This document shows positions 42,411 through 50,949 of a stretch of DNA of 64,000 nt, piece by piece. A program made the position numbers and the translations under genes. This DNA comes from an uncultured delta proteobacterium (GTDB lineage Bacteria; Myxococcota_A; UBA9160; SMWR01). The notes beneath the pieces are model-generated. The model was not told the DNA's origin and did no database searches. It saw only the letters and a list, made by a program, of their open reading frames with translations. The stretch spans positions 429,484 to 493,483 of the forward strand of contig CAWHTE010000002.1 of NCBI GenBank assembly GCA_963832165.1, read 5' to 3'. Within the stretch, counting starts at the first letter, position 1; each line of letters begins with the position of its first letter.

Positions 42411-43196
42411 ATGTCGTGTTCCGCGAAGGTCCACGGCCTTGCGAAAGATCGGATCGGTTCGTTCACCTTGGTGCTGACCCTCGGGCTGGCGATGGCCACC
42501 TCGGCTTCGGCGCTGACGCTCGGCTACGGCGACTACCGGAACGGTTCGATCGAGTTCAACAACATCATGGAGACGGCGAGCAGCCCCGACCCGCCGCTCT
42601 TCGTGCGCGATGGCAGCATCACGCTCTCCGGCACCACGCTCGCGTTCGTCGCCGACGACTACTTCAGGGTCGAGACGACAGGCGGCGAGGCGGTCGACAG
42701 CCGTTTGTCCCTCGACATCGAGGTCCCGACGGGCAGCATCCTCCGGATCCTCGGGATCCAGATCATCGAGAGGGGCGACTACAACCTCTCCGGAGACGGT
42801 GAGGTCGGGGTCGTCACCAACCTGGAATTGGTCGTCACGGAGATCGACTTCGTGGCCAACCTGAACGCGCCGCCGCAGCAGTTCGCGATGACCTTCGACG
42901 GCGGCTGCGCGGGCAACGGGCGCTGGGCCGCCAGCTGTGGCGACACCGCGGGTTCGTGGTTGGGGACGCTCGACGTCGACGTGGACGCCATCGCTACTGG
43001 CGTGACGAGAACCCAGATCTTCGCCGTCGACAACGAGCTCGACGCGGTCTCGTTCGATGGAGGCACCAACGACATCAACAAGAAGCAGTTCGAGATCCGC
43101 GTGATCCTGACGCCCGAGCCGGGCACCTTCGGCCTGCTTGCGCTCGGTCTCGCAGGGCTCGCGATCCGGCGTCGGATCTCAAGCGCGATCCGTTAG
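42411..43196 (+). CDS. PEP-CTERM sorting-signal protein within cassette array
   Basis: Signal peptide ending ASA; C-terminal TPEPGTFGLLALGLAGLAIRRR; GGAGG RBS. Confidence 0.9.
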   Translation: MSCSAKVHGLAKDRIGSFTLVLTLGLAMATSASALTLGYGDYRNGSIEFNNIMETASSPDPPLFVRDGSITLSGTTLAFVADDYFRVETTGGEAVDSRLSLDIEVPTGSILRILGIQIIERGDYNLSGDGEVGVVTNLELVVTEIDFVANLNAPPQQFAMTFDGGCAGNGRWAASCGDTAGSWLGTLDVDVDAIATGVTRTQIFAVDNELDAVSFDGGTNDINKKQFEIRVILTPEPGTFGLLALGLAGLAIRRRISSAIR

Positions 43197-43198
43197 GC
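43178..43198 (+). mobile_element. attC right half only, overlapping PEP-CTERM stop codon
   Basis: ctcaagcgcgatccGTTAGGC similar to right arm ending at 45645; no R'' upstream. Confidence 0.7.
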
Positions 43199-43206
43199 GA
43201 CGCTCG

Positions 43207-43656
43207 ATGAGTCGGAATCTACTACTCGAAAAGGTCAGATGCGTCGCAGCAGTCGTCGTAACGGTCGGCCTGGCTTCATGCACAAGCGTAAGAGTGGAGC
43301 CGTTACCCACCTCGGTCTCTCCCGACAGAGTCTGCATCTGGACAAACCCCAAAGTCCAGGTCGAGGACTTCGTTACGGTACTCCGCGATGGATTTTCCCG
43401 ACACGGAATCCCCAGCGAGGTGCATTCGGAAGAGCCGTATGAGCGTTGCACCTTCGTAGTGACCTATACAGCGCTTCGTTCATGGGACCTCGCTCCGTTT
43501 CTCTCTCACGCGGAGATCTTCTTGGAGCGGGATCGCCAGATCGTGGCAAGGGCAGAATTTCACCTCCGCGGTAAAGGTGGGTATTCCTTTTACAAGTACC
43601 AAGGGACCAGAGAGAAGATTGATCCCGTTATCGATAGACTCTTAGCCGGCCACTAG
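43207..43656 (+). CDS. Sbal_3080-like lipoprotein (cassette)
   Basis: Lipobox LASC; CIWTNPKV..TYTALRSWD..GKGG..KIDPVID; low GC3. Confidence 0.75.
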   Translation: MSRNLLLEKVRCVAAVVVTVGLASCTSVRVEPLPTSVSPDRVCIWTNPKVQVEDFVTVLRDGFSRHGIPSEVHSEEPYERCTFVVTYTALRSWDLAPFLSHAEIFLERDRQIVARAEFHLRGKGGYSFYKYQGTREKIDPVIDRLLAGH

Positions 43657-43662
43657 AGCGCC

Positions 43663-43690
43663 GCCTAACAAGGTGCCGCAGCTGACCGGC
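43663..43690 (+). mobile_element. attC left half only
   Basis: GCCTAAC-aaggt-gccgcagctgac; no GTTRRRY before next gene. Confidence 0.72.
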
Positions 43691-43720
43691 CCGCGCATTC
43701 CCGGAATCTGGTAAAGCACA

Positions 43721-44275
43721 GTGAAGGCCCCGGACGAAATCGAGACTACGCGCCTGGTGCTGGTTCGGCCCCAAGCTGAGGATGCGGCCGCGATCTTCGA
43801 CCGATATGCGAGCGATCCGGACGTCACTCGATTTCTCGGCTGGCCGCGCCATCGGGCGGTCGCCGACACCGAGGTGTTCCTGACGTTCAGCGCCGAACAC
43901 TGGAACCTATGGCCGGGTGGTCCCTATCTCATTCGATCGCGCACCAACGGAGAGCTGATCGGCGGCACCGGGTTCAGTTTCGATGCCGCAGGCCAGGCGA
44001 GCACGGGCTATGTGTTGGCGAAGGACGCCTGGGGCCACGGATACGCAACAGAAGCGCTGGGAGCCATCGTTGACGTGGCGGGCCGTATCGGCATCGCCAG
44101 GTTGTATGCCCTCTGTCATCCCCAGCACCGACCTTCTTGGCGAGTCCTCGAAAAGTGTGGGTTCGCTCGGGAACCTGACTGGACTCAGCAAACGGAGTTT
44201 CCCAATCTCGCGCCGGGGGTTCTGCAAGATGTACTCTGCTATGCACGATTCCTCGAACCGAGACACGCGGACTAA
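43721..44275 (+). CDS. RimJ/RimL-type GNAT acetyltransferase (cassette)
   Basis: IETTRLVL, GYVL..WGHGYATEA, SWRVLEKCGF. Confidence 0.92.
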   Translation: MKAPDEIETTRLVLVRPQAEDAAAIFDRYASDPDVTRFLGWPRHRAVADTEVFLTFSAEHWNLWPGGPYLIRSRTNGELIGGTGFSFDAAGQASTGYVLAKDAWGHGYATEALGAIVDVAGRIGIARLYALCHPQHRPSWRVLEKCGFAREPDWTQQTEFPNLAPGVLQDVLCYARFLEPRHAD

Positions 44276-44350
44276 CCAGGCGATGGACCAGACGCCGCGT
44301 CGGGTCGCTCTCGCGTCCCTCCCGGCGCTGGGCATCGCCGGTCGTTAGAC
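44270..44350 (+). mobile_element. attC site
   Basis: GACTAAC-ca-ggcgatg..catcgcc-ggtc-GTTAGAC; overlaps GNAT stop. Confidence 0.85.
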
Positions 44351-44374
44351 GGCCCGAATCTACCGAGGAGACGA

Positions 44375-44887
44375 GTGTTGCAAGGTGCGAGTACTCTCGA
44401 ACTTCTTGCTCAGCTTGCGACCACCATTCTCGGATTCAGCGGCGTGGTGGCCGTCCTTGGCCGCCGAGTTTCGGGCGACTGGATCGAACTCGATCGAAGA
44501 CGCTTCCATCAGATGGTCCACGCTGCGGTTCTCGCACTACTCCTGTCGCTTCTGCCCCTCGTGATGCACAGTGCAGGACTCGACGAGTCGATGATTTGGG
44601 CCTGGTCTAGCGGCATTGGAGGCGCCCTCTGCGTTCTTGTCTTCGCACGCGTGCTCAGAGGCTGGGTGTCGGTGTCGTCCAATTCGGCGGTCAGCAAGCC
44701 AACGTTCGCCTACGTTGGCTTGGCGGCGGTGGGTGCCCCGGCTTTGCTCGGTCTCAATGCCGTTGGTGTCTTGCTCGACCGAACATTGACTCCGTATCTC
44801 TTGTCGTGCCTTCTCGTGTTGGGAATGTCGATCGTTTTGTTCCTTCGCCTCCTCGAAGCCGAAATCGTGGAACGGCGGGCCGTCTAG
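44375..44887 (+). CDS. Hypothetical membrane protein (cassette)
   Basis: About five TM helices; GAGGAG RBS; ends TAGACGGCCC / GGGCCGTCTA are complementary. Confidence 0.8.
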   Translation: MLQGASTLELLAQLATTILGFSGVVAVLGRRVSGDWIELDRRRFHQMVHAAVLALLLSLLPLVMHSAGLDESMIWAWSSGIGGALCVLVFARVLRGWVSVSSNSAVSKPTFAYVGLAAVGAPALLGLNAVGVLLDRTLTPYLLSCLLVLGMSIVLFLRLLEAEIVERRAV

Positions 44888-44996
44888 GCGACGGGTTGAG
44901 TTGAATGCGGAATCGGTCAGCGGCTGCCGTACGTCAGATGCCCTGCGTAGCGGGCCAGCCGTAATCGAGTGCCGAAGACCGGGGGAGCGGCTGCGG

Positions 44997-45425
44997 TCAG
45001 ACCAGCCGCGTCACCCCTGGCAGCTCTTCGAGGTCTTTCCCGAAGCCACCATCAGACGTCTGAGCGCGCAACGTCAGATACCCGTGCTCGCCCGCGATTC
45101 GATCTCCATCGAAATGCACCACGAGGATCCAGCCCCGATGCAGGGGATAGGCATCCGAATACTCGATCAAACAATGCGACTCTCCCCAACGCGTGACACT
45201 CGGGTCGTCAAGAGCCCGAAGAATCTCCTCCGTGTATGCCGCCGGCATCACCTTCAGGGCCCGCGCATACATGGCACGCACTGCCTCACGCCCCTCGAGG
45301 CGGTAGTTCGGGATCAGCCAGACCGGATGATTCGATAACGGAGCCATCGTCGCGTCGAGATCACCAGCAAGTTCCCCGAGGACATGAGCCCTGAGCCCCT
45401 CTCTCGCTGCATCCGACACCATCAT
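44997..45425 (-). CDS. SnoaL/NTF2-like protein, inverted relative to array
   Basis: H...E..GDLDATMA..GREAVRAMY..F.GDRIAGE; resembles 62771-63214. Confidence 0.7.
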   Translation of the reverse strand: MMVSDAAREGLRAHVLGELAGDLDATMAPLSNHPVWLIPNYRLEGREAVRAMYARALKVMPAAYTEEILRALDDPSVTRWGESHCLIEYSDAYPLHRGWILVVHFDGDRIAGEHGYLTLRAQTSDGGFGKDLEELPGVTRLV

Positions 45426-45540
45426 TCAATCTTACCCCGGAACCCCAGCTTCGCGCTGTCAGAACCTCCCAGCGGCGCGGAGGGTCCGCGGCTTGGGGAC
45501 CGCGTGTATGCTGGGGCTCGAACTCCGGAGGGATCTGCCG

Positions 45541-45645
45541 ACCTAGCAACGCCTGTGGACACCACTCCCCTGGAGAGCTGCAAGGCAGCTCGGTGACGTT
45601 GCGGAAGGTTCCCGCGCCCGTCAGCTGAGCGCCGATCCGTTAGAC
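45541..45645 (+). mobile_element. attC site with degenerate left arm
   Basis: Clear right arm cagctgagcgccgatccGTTAGAC; left arm only ACCTAGC-aacgc. Confidence 0.6.
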
Positions 45646-45665
45646 AGAAAGAGTCCCGCGCGAGC

Positions 45666-46166
45666 ATGATGAACGCCGACGAAGCGACCATCCGCGGCGC
45701 CCGCTTCGATGACTACGCTCAGGCGTGCCGCCTGAGCGACGCCGTCGACGAACTCCATCGTGAGCATTTTCCTTGGATGTTCAAGACGCCTGACGTCCAG
45801 CCTCGATCGGAAGCCTACTTTTCGGACCTCCTACACCGCGAAGACTCCGCAGTCTTCGTGGCCGATGCTGGTCGCGTTGTCGGCGTCGCTTTCGGTTTTC
45901 TTCGATCGGCTCCGGAATTCCCCGTATTCCGTCAACAGCGTTGGGGCGTCCTCGATGGACTCGTCGTCGACCCGAAATGGCGGCGCCGTGGAATTGGTAC
46001 GCGGCTGACTCACGCCGTGGAGGAGTGGGCACTCGAATCGGGAGCACCGTGGATTGAGCTCAACGTCTACGAGTTCAACACTGAAGCGCGGCGGTTCTGC
46101 GAGGCGCTCGGTTACCTGCCAGTCTCCACGAAACTGCGAAAGCCGGGCCGGTCTGGAGACGCCTAA
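45666..46166 (+). CDS. GNAT acetyltransferase (cassette)
   Basis: LVVDPKWRRRGIG, LNVYEFN..A..F...LGY. Confidence 0.92.
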   Translation: MMNADEATIRGARFDDYAQACRLSDAVDELHREHFPWMFKTPDVQPRSEAYFSDLLHREDSAVFVADAGRVVGVAFGFLRSAPEFPVFRQQRWGVLDGLVVDPKWRRRGIGTRLTHAVEEWALESGAPWIELNVYEFNTEARRFCEALGYLPVSTKLRKPGRSGDA

Positions 46167-46180
46167 CATGACGTTGCAGC
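46161..46180 (+). mobile_element. attC left half fused to next ORF
   Basis: GCCTAAC-atgac-gttgcagc; its ATG is in frame with the hydrolase. Confidence 0.65.
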
Positions 46181-46977
46181 AACCCGTCCATGTGAAGCAC
46201 TACGGCCTCGACGGTCGCTCGGTGGTAGTCGTTCACGGCGGACCGGGTGCGCCAGGGGGCGCCAGCCTGCTCGCTCGAGCGCTGGCGGATCCCCTCCATG
46301 TGCTGGAGCCGTGGCAGCGGATGAGTTCCGACATTCCCCTCTCCGTGGCACAGCACATCGAAGACCTTGCGAACGTGATCTCGCAGGAGATTCCGGGCGA
46401 GAGTCCGGCTCTGGTCGGAGAGTCATGGGGAGCCATGCTGGCTCTTGCCTTTGCGTGCGCGTATCCAGATCGCGTTTGCGCGCTTGCCTTGGTCGGCTGT
46501 GGAACCTTCGACTCGAAGGCACGTGCGCGCCTCGAGTCGACACTCGAAGAACGCACGACGGAGGAGCTTCGAGAGCAGCTAGTCGAGCTCGCCACTCGCG
46601 TGCGAGACGAGAATGAGCGCACAGCATTGGCGCATGCGCTAAGCGATCGCCTCTACACCTATAGCCGCGCAGTCGAAGAGCCCATCGGAAGGTTCGATCT
46701 GAGGGGTCACACCGAAACCTGGAGCGACATGATTCGCCTTCAGCAAGGCGGCGTGTATCCCGCCGCTTTCACGACGATTACCTGCCCGGTGCTGATGCTT
46801 CACGGTTCCTACGATCCACATCCCGGCGAGTTGATCCGAGATGGCTTGCTGAAGTTCATTCCTCATCTCGAGTACACGGAGCTCGACCGGTGTGGGCACT
46901 CGCCTTGGATCGAGGAACACGCTCGTGATCGCTTTCTGTCGATTCTGCGATCATGGCTCCAGCGACATCTCCGGTAA
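46168..46977 (+). CDS. Alpha/beta hydrolase (cassette)
   Basis: HGGPG, GESWG nucleophile elbow, HGSYD, GHSPW. Confidence 0.92.
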   Translation: MTLQQPVHVKHYGLDGRSVVVVHGGPGAPGGASLLARALADPLHVLEPWQRMSSDIPLSVAQHIEDLANVISQEIPGESPALVGESWGAMLALAFACAYPDRVCALALVGCGTFDSKARARLESTLEERTTEELREQLVELATRVRDENERTALAHALSDRLYTYSRAVEEPIGRFDLRGHTETWSDMIRLQQGGVYPAAFTTITCPVLMLHGSYDPHPGELIRDGLLKFIPHLEYTELDRCGHSPWIEEHARDRFLSILRSWLQRHLR

Positions 46978-47003
46978 CCGCGCATACGCCGCCAAACAAC
47001 GCC

Positions 47004-48019
47004 CTACGAAGCGAACAGCGCCTCGCAGCCGCTGCCCGCGAGCACGGAATCGACCACGGCGCGGTCACCGGATGCGAGCGCCGCATAGCCCTCGCGCAGC
47101 CACGCAGGCACTTGCCCTGATACGGGAACGGCTTCTGCACCCACGGCCGGCCGTCGATCTCACACTCCACGGTGTCGGCGCCGCGCGCGAGCGCGTCGGC
47201 GTTCGCGAGCAGGAACGGCGCGTACACGCGGCCGACCTCGCCGAAGAGCGCGCGCAGCGCAGGGGTCGCCGCATCGCGCGCGATCCACGCGTCGGCGCGC
47301 GGCTCGAAACCCGAGAGGTCGTCCACGACGTCGACCCAGGCCGCCACGCGCGGCGCGCGCTCCATCGCGATCGCGCGCGGCGTGGGGTCGAAGCCCGCGA
47401 GCTGCGTGAGCTGGCCGTAGAGTCCGAAGTCGCAGGCCGCCGGCCGCGCGCCGAACACGAACGGCGCCTCGCAGAGGCGCGCGTCGAGCAGCCCGAGCAG
47501 GCGCACATAGCTGTCTTCGATCACGGAAGCCGTCGTCGCGTTCGACCCGACCACGCCGAGCCGCCCGATCTGGCGCTCGGCGAAGGTCTTGCCCGCCGCG
47601 CGCGCGGTGTCCTCCGCCTCGTCGATGCGCTGCCAGCGCGGCAGGATCGCCGCGGCCTGCGCGGCATCGGGCGCGAACGCCCAGCGGTAGTGGAACATCG
47701 CCTTGGTGAGCCATTCGTCGGCGTAGTCCTCGAGCAGCGAGTCGAGGAAGCCGACCACCGGATCCTCGGGAATCACGGAGCGACCCGCGTATTCCGTCTC
47801 GAGTCGCCGGATCAGCGGCGACGAGTCGGTGAGCGCCTCGCGCGCGCCCGGGTAGACGAGCTGCGGCAACAGCGATACGCGCGCGCGCGGCAGCGCGCGC
47901 GCCTCGGGCGTGCCCATGAGCACCCAGGTGTGAGGGATGCGCCGATAGCGCAGCACCGCGCGCAGCTTGCGGCTGTAGGGCGAGCCGGGCACGCCCATGA
48001 TGCACAGCCCCGCGTCCAC
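47004..48019 (-). CDS. Glutathione S-transferase-like protein with 1-nt deletion near 47105
   Basis: GSPYSRKLR, TDSSP, EDYADEWLTKAMFHYRW; C-terminus WLREGYAAL..GSGCEALFAS in shifted frame. Confidence 0.85.
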
Positions 48020-48021
48020 TC

Positions 48022-48417
48022 CTACTCCTCGCGCGTCGTCGCGGCGAGCAGCCATTGACCTTCGAGCCCCGCACTGCGGTGCACGCCGAACTTCGCGACG
48101 TCGGGGCTCATGGCGATCTCGACGAACGCCTTGCGCGACGGGTACTCCACGAGCGCGGCCATGTGGAAGCCGTCCGCGCCGGTTCCGATCACCTGGCTGT
48201 CGACGCGGCCGCTCCAGATCACGCGACCGCCGTTGGCCGCGACGAAGCGCGTCATCTCGTCGGCATAGCGCTGATACGCCTCTTCGCCCGTGAGCCCGAC
48301 GTCGGGGTCGGTCGCCCGCTCCTTGAAGCGCAAGAGGTTGAGCATCACGACGGGCCGATCCTGCGGCCCGGCGAGCAGCGCCTCGATCTGCTCCTTCGCG
48401 GGGTACACGGCGATCAT
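48022..48417 (-). CDS. DUF1330 domain protein
   Basis: PVVMLNLLRF, EAYQRY, LVEYPSRKAF, HRSAGL. Confidence 0.88.
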   Translation of the reverse strand: MIAVYPAKEQIEALLAGPQDRPVVMLNLLRFKERATDPDVGLTGEEAYQRYADEMTRFVAANGGRVIWSGRVDSQVIGTGADGFHMAALVEYPSRKAFVEIAMSPDVAKFGVHRSAGLEGQWLLAATTREE

Positions 48418-48462
48418 TTGCTGTTCTCCAGTAGGTTCCCGCACACTGCCACAGCAAGTTTC

Positions 48463-48491
48463 GCGCAGCGAGCCGAAAGGCGAGCGAAGGC
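48463..48491 (+). repeat. Partial family B repeat
   Basis: GCGCAGCGAGCCGAAAGGCGAGCGAAGGC matches the 3' half of 35808-35865. Confidence 0.7.
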
Positions 48492-48514
48492 CATCGGGCC
48501 TGGAGGAACGTGCG

Positions 48515-50170
48515 ATGCGAAAGCTCGCGATCGGTCTCGCGCTCGTGCTCGTGCTCGCGGCGGGCATCGCATTCTGGGTGAATCGGCAGGAGATCCTGAT
48601 CCGCGTGCCCGGCATGATCAGCCGGATCATCGATCCGATCGGCCCGAGCCAGCCGGTCGTCTGGCAGCCGGGACCCACGCAGCCGCCGGGCGGAACGCGC
48701 CCGCCGAACATCGTCGTGATCGTCGCCGACGACCTCGGCTACAACGACCTCACGTTCGGCGGTGGAGGCGTCGCGAACGGCGCGGTGCCGACGCCGAACA
48801 TCGACGGCATCGCCGCGTCGGGGGTCGAGTACACGCGCGGCTACACCGGCAACGCCACCTGCGCGCCGTCGCGCGCCGCGATCCTGACCGGCCGCTACCC
48901 GCAGCGCTTCGGCTTCGAGTTCACGCCCGCACCGAAGGCGTTCATGCGCCTGATCGCGTACATGCGCCGCGACGAGGCGCGCCCGCCGATCTACTACGCC
49001 GATCGCGAGGCCGACGTGCCGTCGATGGAGCAGGAGGGGATCCCGCCCGCGGAGATCACGATCGCGGAGCTGTTGCGCGAGCGCGGCTATCACACGCTCG
49101 GGTTCGGCAAGTGGCACCTCGGCGAGGCGCCCGCGATGCAGCCGAACGCGCAGGGCTTCGACGAGTATCTCGGCTTCCTGTCCGGCGCGGCGCTCTATCT
49201 CGAGCAGGACGATCCGCTCTCCGTGAACTCGGTGCAGGACTTCGACCCGATCGATCGGTTCCTCTGGGCCAACCTCGCGTTCGCGGTGCGCAAGGACGAC
49301 GGTCCGCGCTTCGCGCCCGACGCGTACATGACGGACTACCTCGCGCGCGAGGCCGCGCGCGCGATCGAGGCGAACCGCAATCGCCCGTTCTTCCTGTACC
49401 TCGCGTTCAACGCGCCGCACACGCCACTGCAGGCGCTGCGCTCCGACTACGAGGCGCTGTCCGGCATCGAGGACCACACGCTGCGCGTGTACGCGGCGAT
49501 GATCCGCGCGCTCGACCGCGGCGTCGGCACGGTGCTCGGCGCGCTGCGCGAGAACGGGCTCGAGCAGGACACGCTCGTGGTGTTCACGAGCGACAACGGC
49601 GGCGCGGACTACATCGGCCTGCCCGACATCAACAAGCCGTACCGCGGCTGGAAGATGACCTTCTTCGAGGGCGGCGTGCACACGCCGTTCTTCGCGAAGT
49701 GGCCCGCGCGGCTCGCGCCCGGGCAGCGCTATCACGCGCCGGTCGCGCACGTCGACATCTTCGCCACCGCCGCGGGCGCCGCGGCGGCGCCGCTGCCGTC
49801 CGATCGCGCCGTCGACGGCGTCGATCTCGTGAAGCTCGCGCGCGGCGAGGCCCAGGGCCGCGCGCACGGCGCGGTGTTCTGGCGCTCGGGCCACTACCGC
49901 ACGATCCTCGCCGACGACTGGAAGCTGCAGGTCTCGGAACGCCCCAAGAAGACCTGGCTGTTCGACATGAAGGCCGATCCCACCGAGCGGCACGACCTCT
50001 CTGACGAGCGCCCCGACAAGGTGCGCGAGCTGTCCGCGATCCTCGCCGAGCACGAGGCGCAGATGGTGGTGCCGGCGTGGCCCGCGCTGATCGAGGGCGC
50101 GATCGCGATCGACCATCCGTTGAACGTCCCCGCGCAGGACAGCGACGAATTCGTCTATTGGGCGAACTGA
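48515..50170 (+). CDS. Formylglycine-dependent sulfatase
   Basis: PNIVVIVADDLG, CAPSR, GKWHLG, SDNG. Confidence 0.95.
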   Translation: MRKLAIGLALVLVLAAGIAFWVNRQEILIRVPGMISRIIDPIGPSQPVVWQPGPTQPPGGTRPPNIVVIVADDLGYNDLTFGGGGVANGAVPTPNIDGIAASGVEYTRGYTGNATCAPSRAAILTGRYPQRFGFEFTPAPKAFMRLIAYMRRDEARPPIYYADREADVPSMEQEGIPPAEITIAELLRERGYHTLGFGKWHLGEAPAMQPNAQGFDEYLGFLSGAALYLEQDDPLSVNSVQDFDPIDRFLWANLAFAVRKDDGPRFAPDAYMTDYLAREAARAIEANRNRPFFLYLAFNAPHTPLQALRSDYEALSGIEDHTLRVYAAMIRALDRGVGTVLGALRENGLEQDTLVVFTSDNGGADYIGLPDINKPYRGWKMTFFEGGVHTPFFAKWPARLAPGQRYHAPVAHVDIFATAAGAAAAPLPSDRAVDGVDLVKLARGEAQGRAHGAVFWRSGHYRTILADDWKLQVSERPKKTWLFDMKADPTERHDLSDERPDKVRELSAILAEHEAQMVVPAWPALIEGAIAIDHPLNVPAQDSDEFVYWAN

Positions 50171-50204
50171 GTTGCTGATAGGATGGGGACCCCGGAGGCA
50201 GGAA

Positions 50205-50930
50205 ATGCGGCGCCTCGGAAGGCTTCTCCTCTTCGTGGCCATCGTCGCGCCGGCCGCGGTGGCCGCGCAGTCCGGCGAAGAGGGCAGCGTCTGCGTCCGC
50301 GACTACACGCCGGGCCTGAGCTGCACCTCGTCCGACGTCGACATCGAAGCCCTGGTGCTGAGCAACGTCGTCGAGGATTGTGGGGTGGACGCGACGGCCC
50401 AGGTGGTGCTCGACGTGGTCTTGTCCACCAGCCCCACGAGCCGCTACGACCTCGGGATCTTCCTCTCGCTCGATGGCGGCAGCGCGCTCAGCGGCGGTTT
50501 CTGTTACCACGACTATCTCCCCCCGCCGATCTCGACCTCGCCGACCTACGGCGATTCCTACCCCAACGGTGTCCCCGACATCCGGAACGGGCCGTGGGTC
50601 GATCTCGAGCCGTTCGCCCAGCCCGAAGACACCTGCGGAGATCTGGCGGGCGGGACGGAAGTGATCAAATCGCTGAAGTCGGTGAGCAGCCCGCTCCAGA
50701 TTCCCTGCACCGACACGGATCAGGACGGCACCGTCGACGTGTCCGTTTGCGCGAGCTGGGAAAACGGCAGTCAGCAGCAAAGCTGCAGCGCCGTCTCCGA
50801 TGCCATCGGCGAGAACACTACCCGGTGCGGCTGCGCGCGGGTCGAGGTGCTGCCCGAGCCCGGCGCCGCGCTCGCACTCGCGTGCGGCGCGGCATTGCTG
50901 GCGCTCGCAGGGCGGATTCGCGCCGCATAA
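50205..50930 (+). CDS. Cys-rich secreted PEP-CTERM protein
   Basis: Signal peptide; many Cys; C-terminal LPEPGAALALACGAALLALAGRIR. Confidence 0.85.
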   Translation: MRRLGRLLLFVAIVAPAAVAAQSGEEGSVCVRDYTPGLSCTSSDVDIEALVLSNVVEDCGVDATAQVVLDVVLSTSPTSRYDLGIFLSLDGGSALSGGFCYHDYLPPPISTSPTYGDSYPNGVPDIRNGPWVDLEPFAQPEDTCGDLAGGTEVIKSLKSVSSPLQIPCTDTDQDGTVDVSVCASWENGSQQQSCSAVSDAIGENTTRCGCARVEVLPEPGAALALACGAALLALAGRIRAA

Positions 50931-50949
50931 TCCGCCATCATCTCCCGCG

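Larger units (their letters stand above)
40072..46980 (+). mobile_element. Integron gene-cassette array lacking an intact integrase (CALIN-like), decaying
   Basis: Ten short unrelated ORFs, visibly lower GC, attC full and half sites, complementary cassette ends. Confidence 0.88.

Noticed and set aside
43721..46166. Cassette GNATs as aminoglycoside resistance genes
   Set aside because: Only generic GNAT motifs; no recognisable aac identity
46856..50242. Apparent 1128-aa ORF
   Set aside because: Antisense of sulfatase joined to the real GST-like gene
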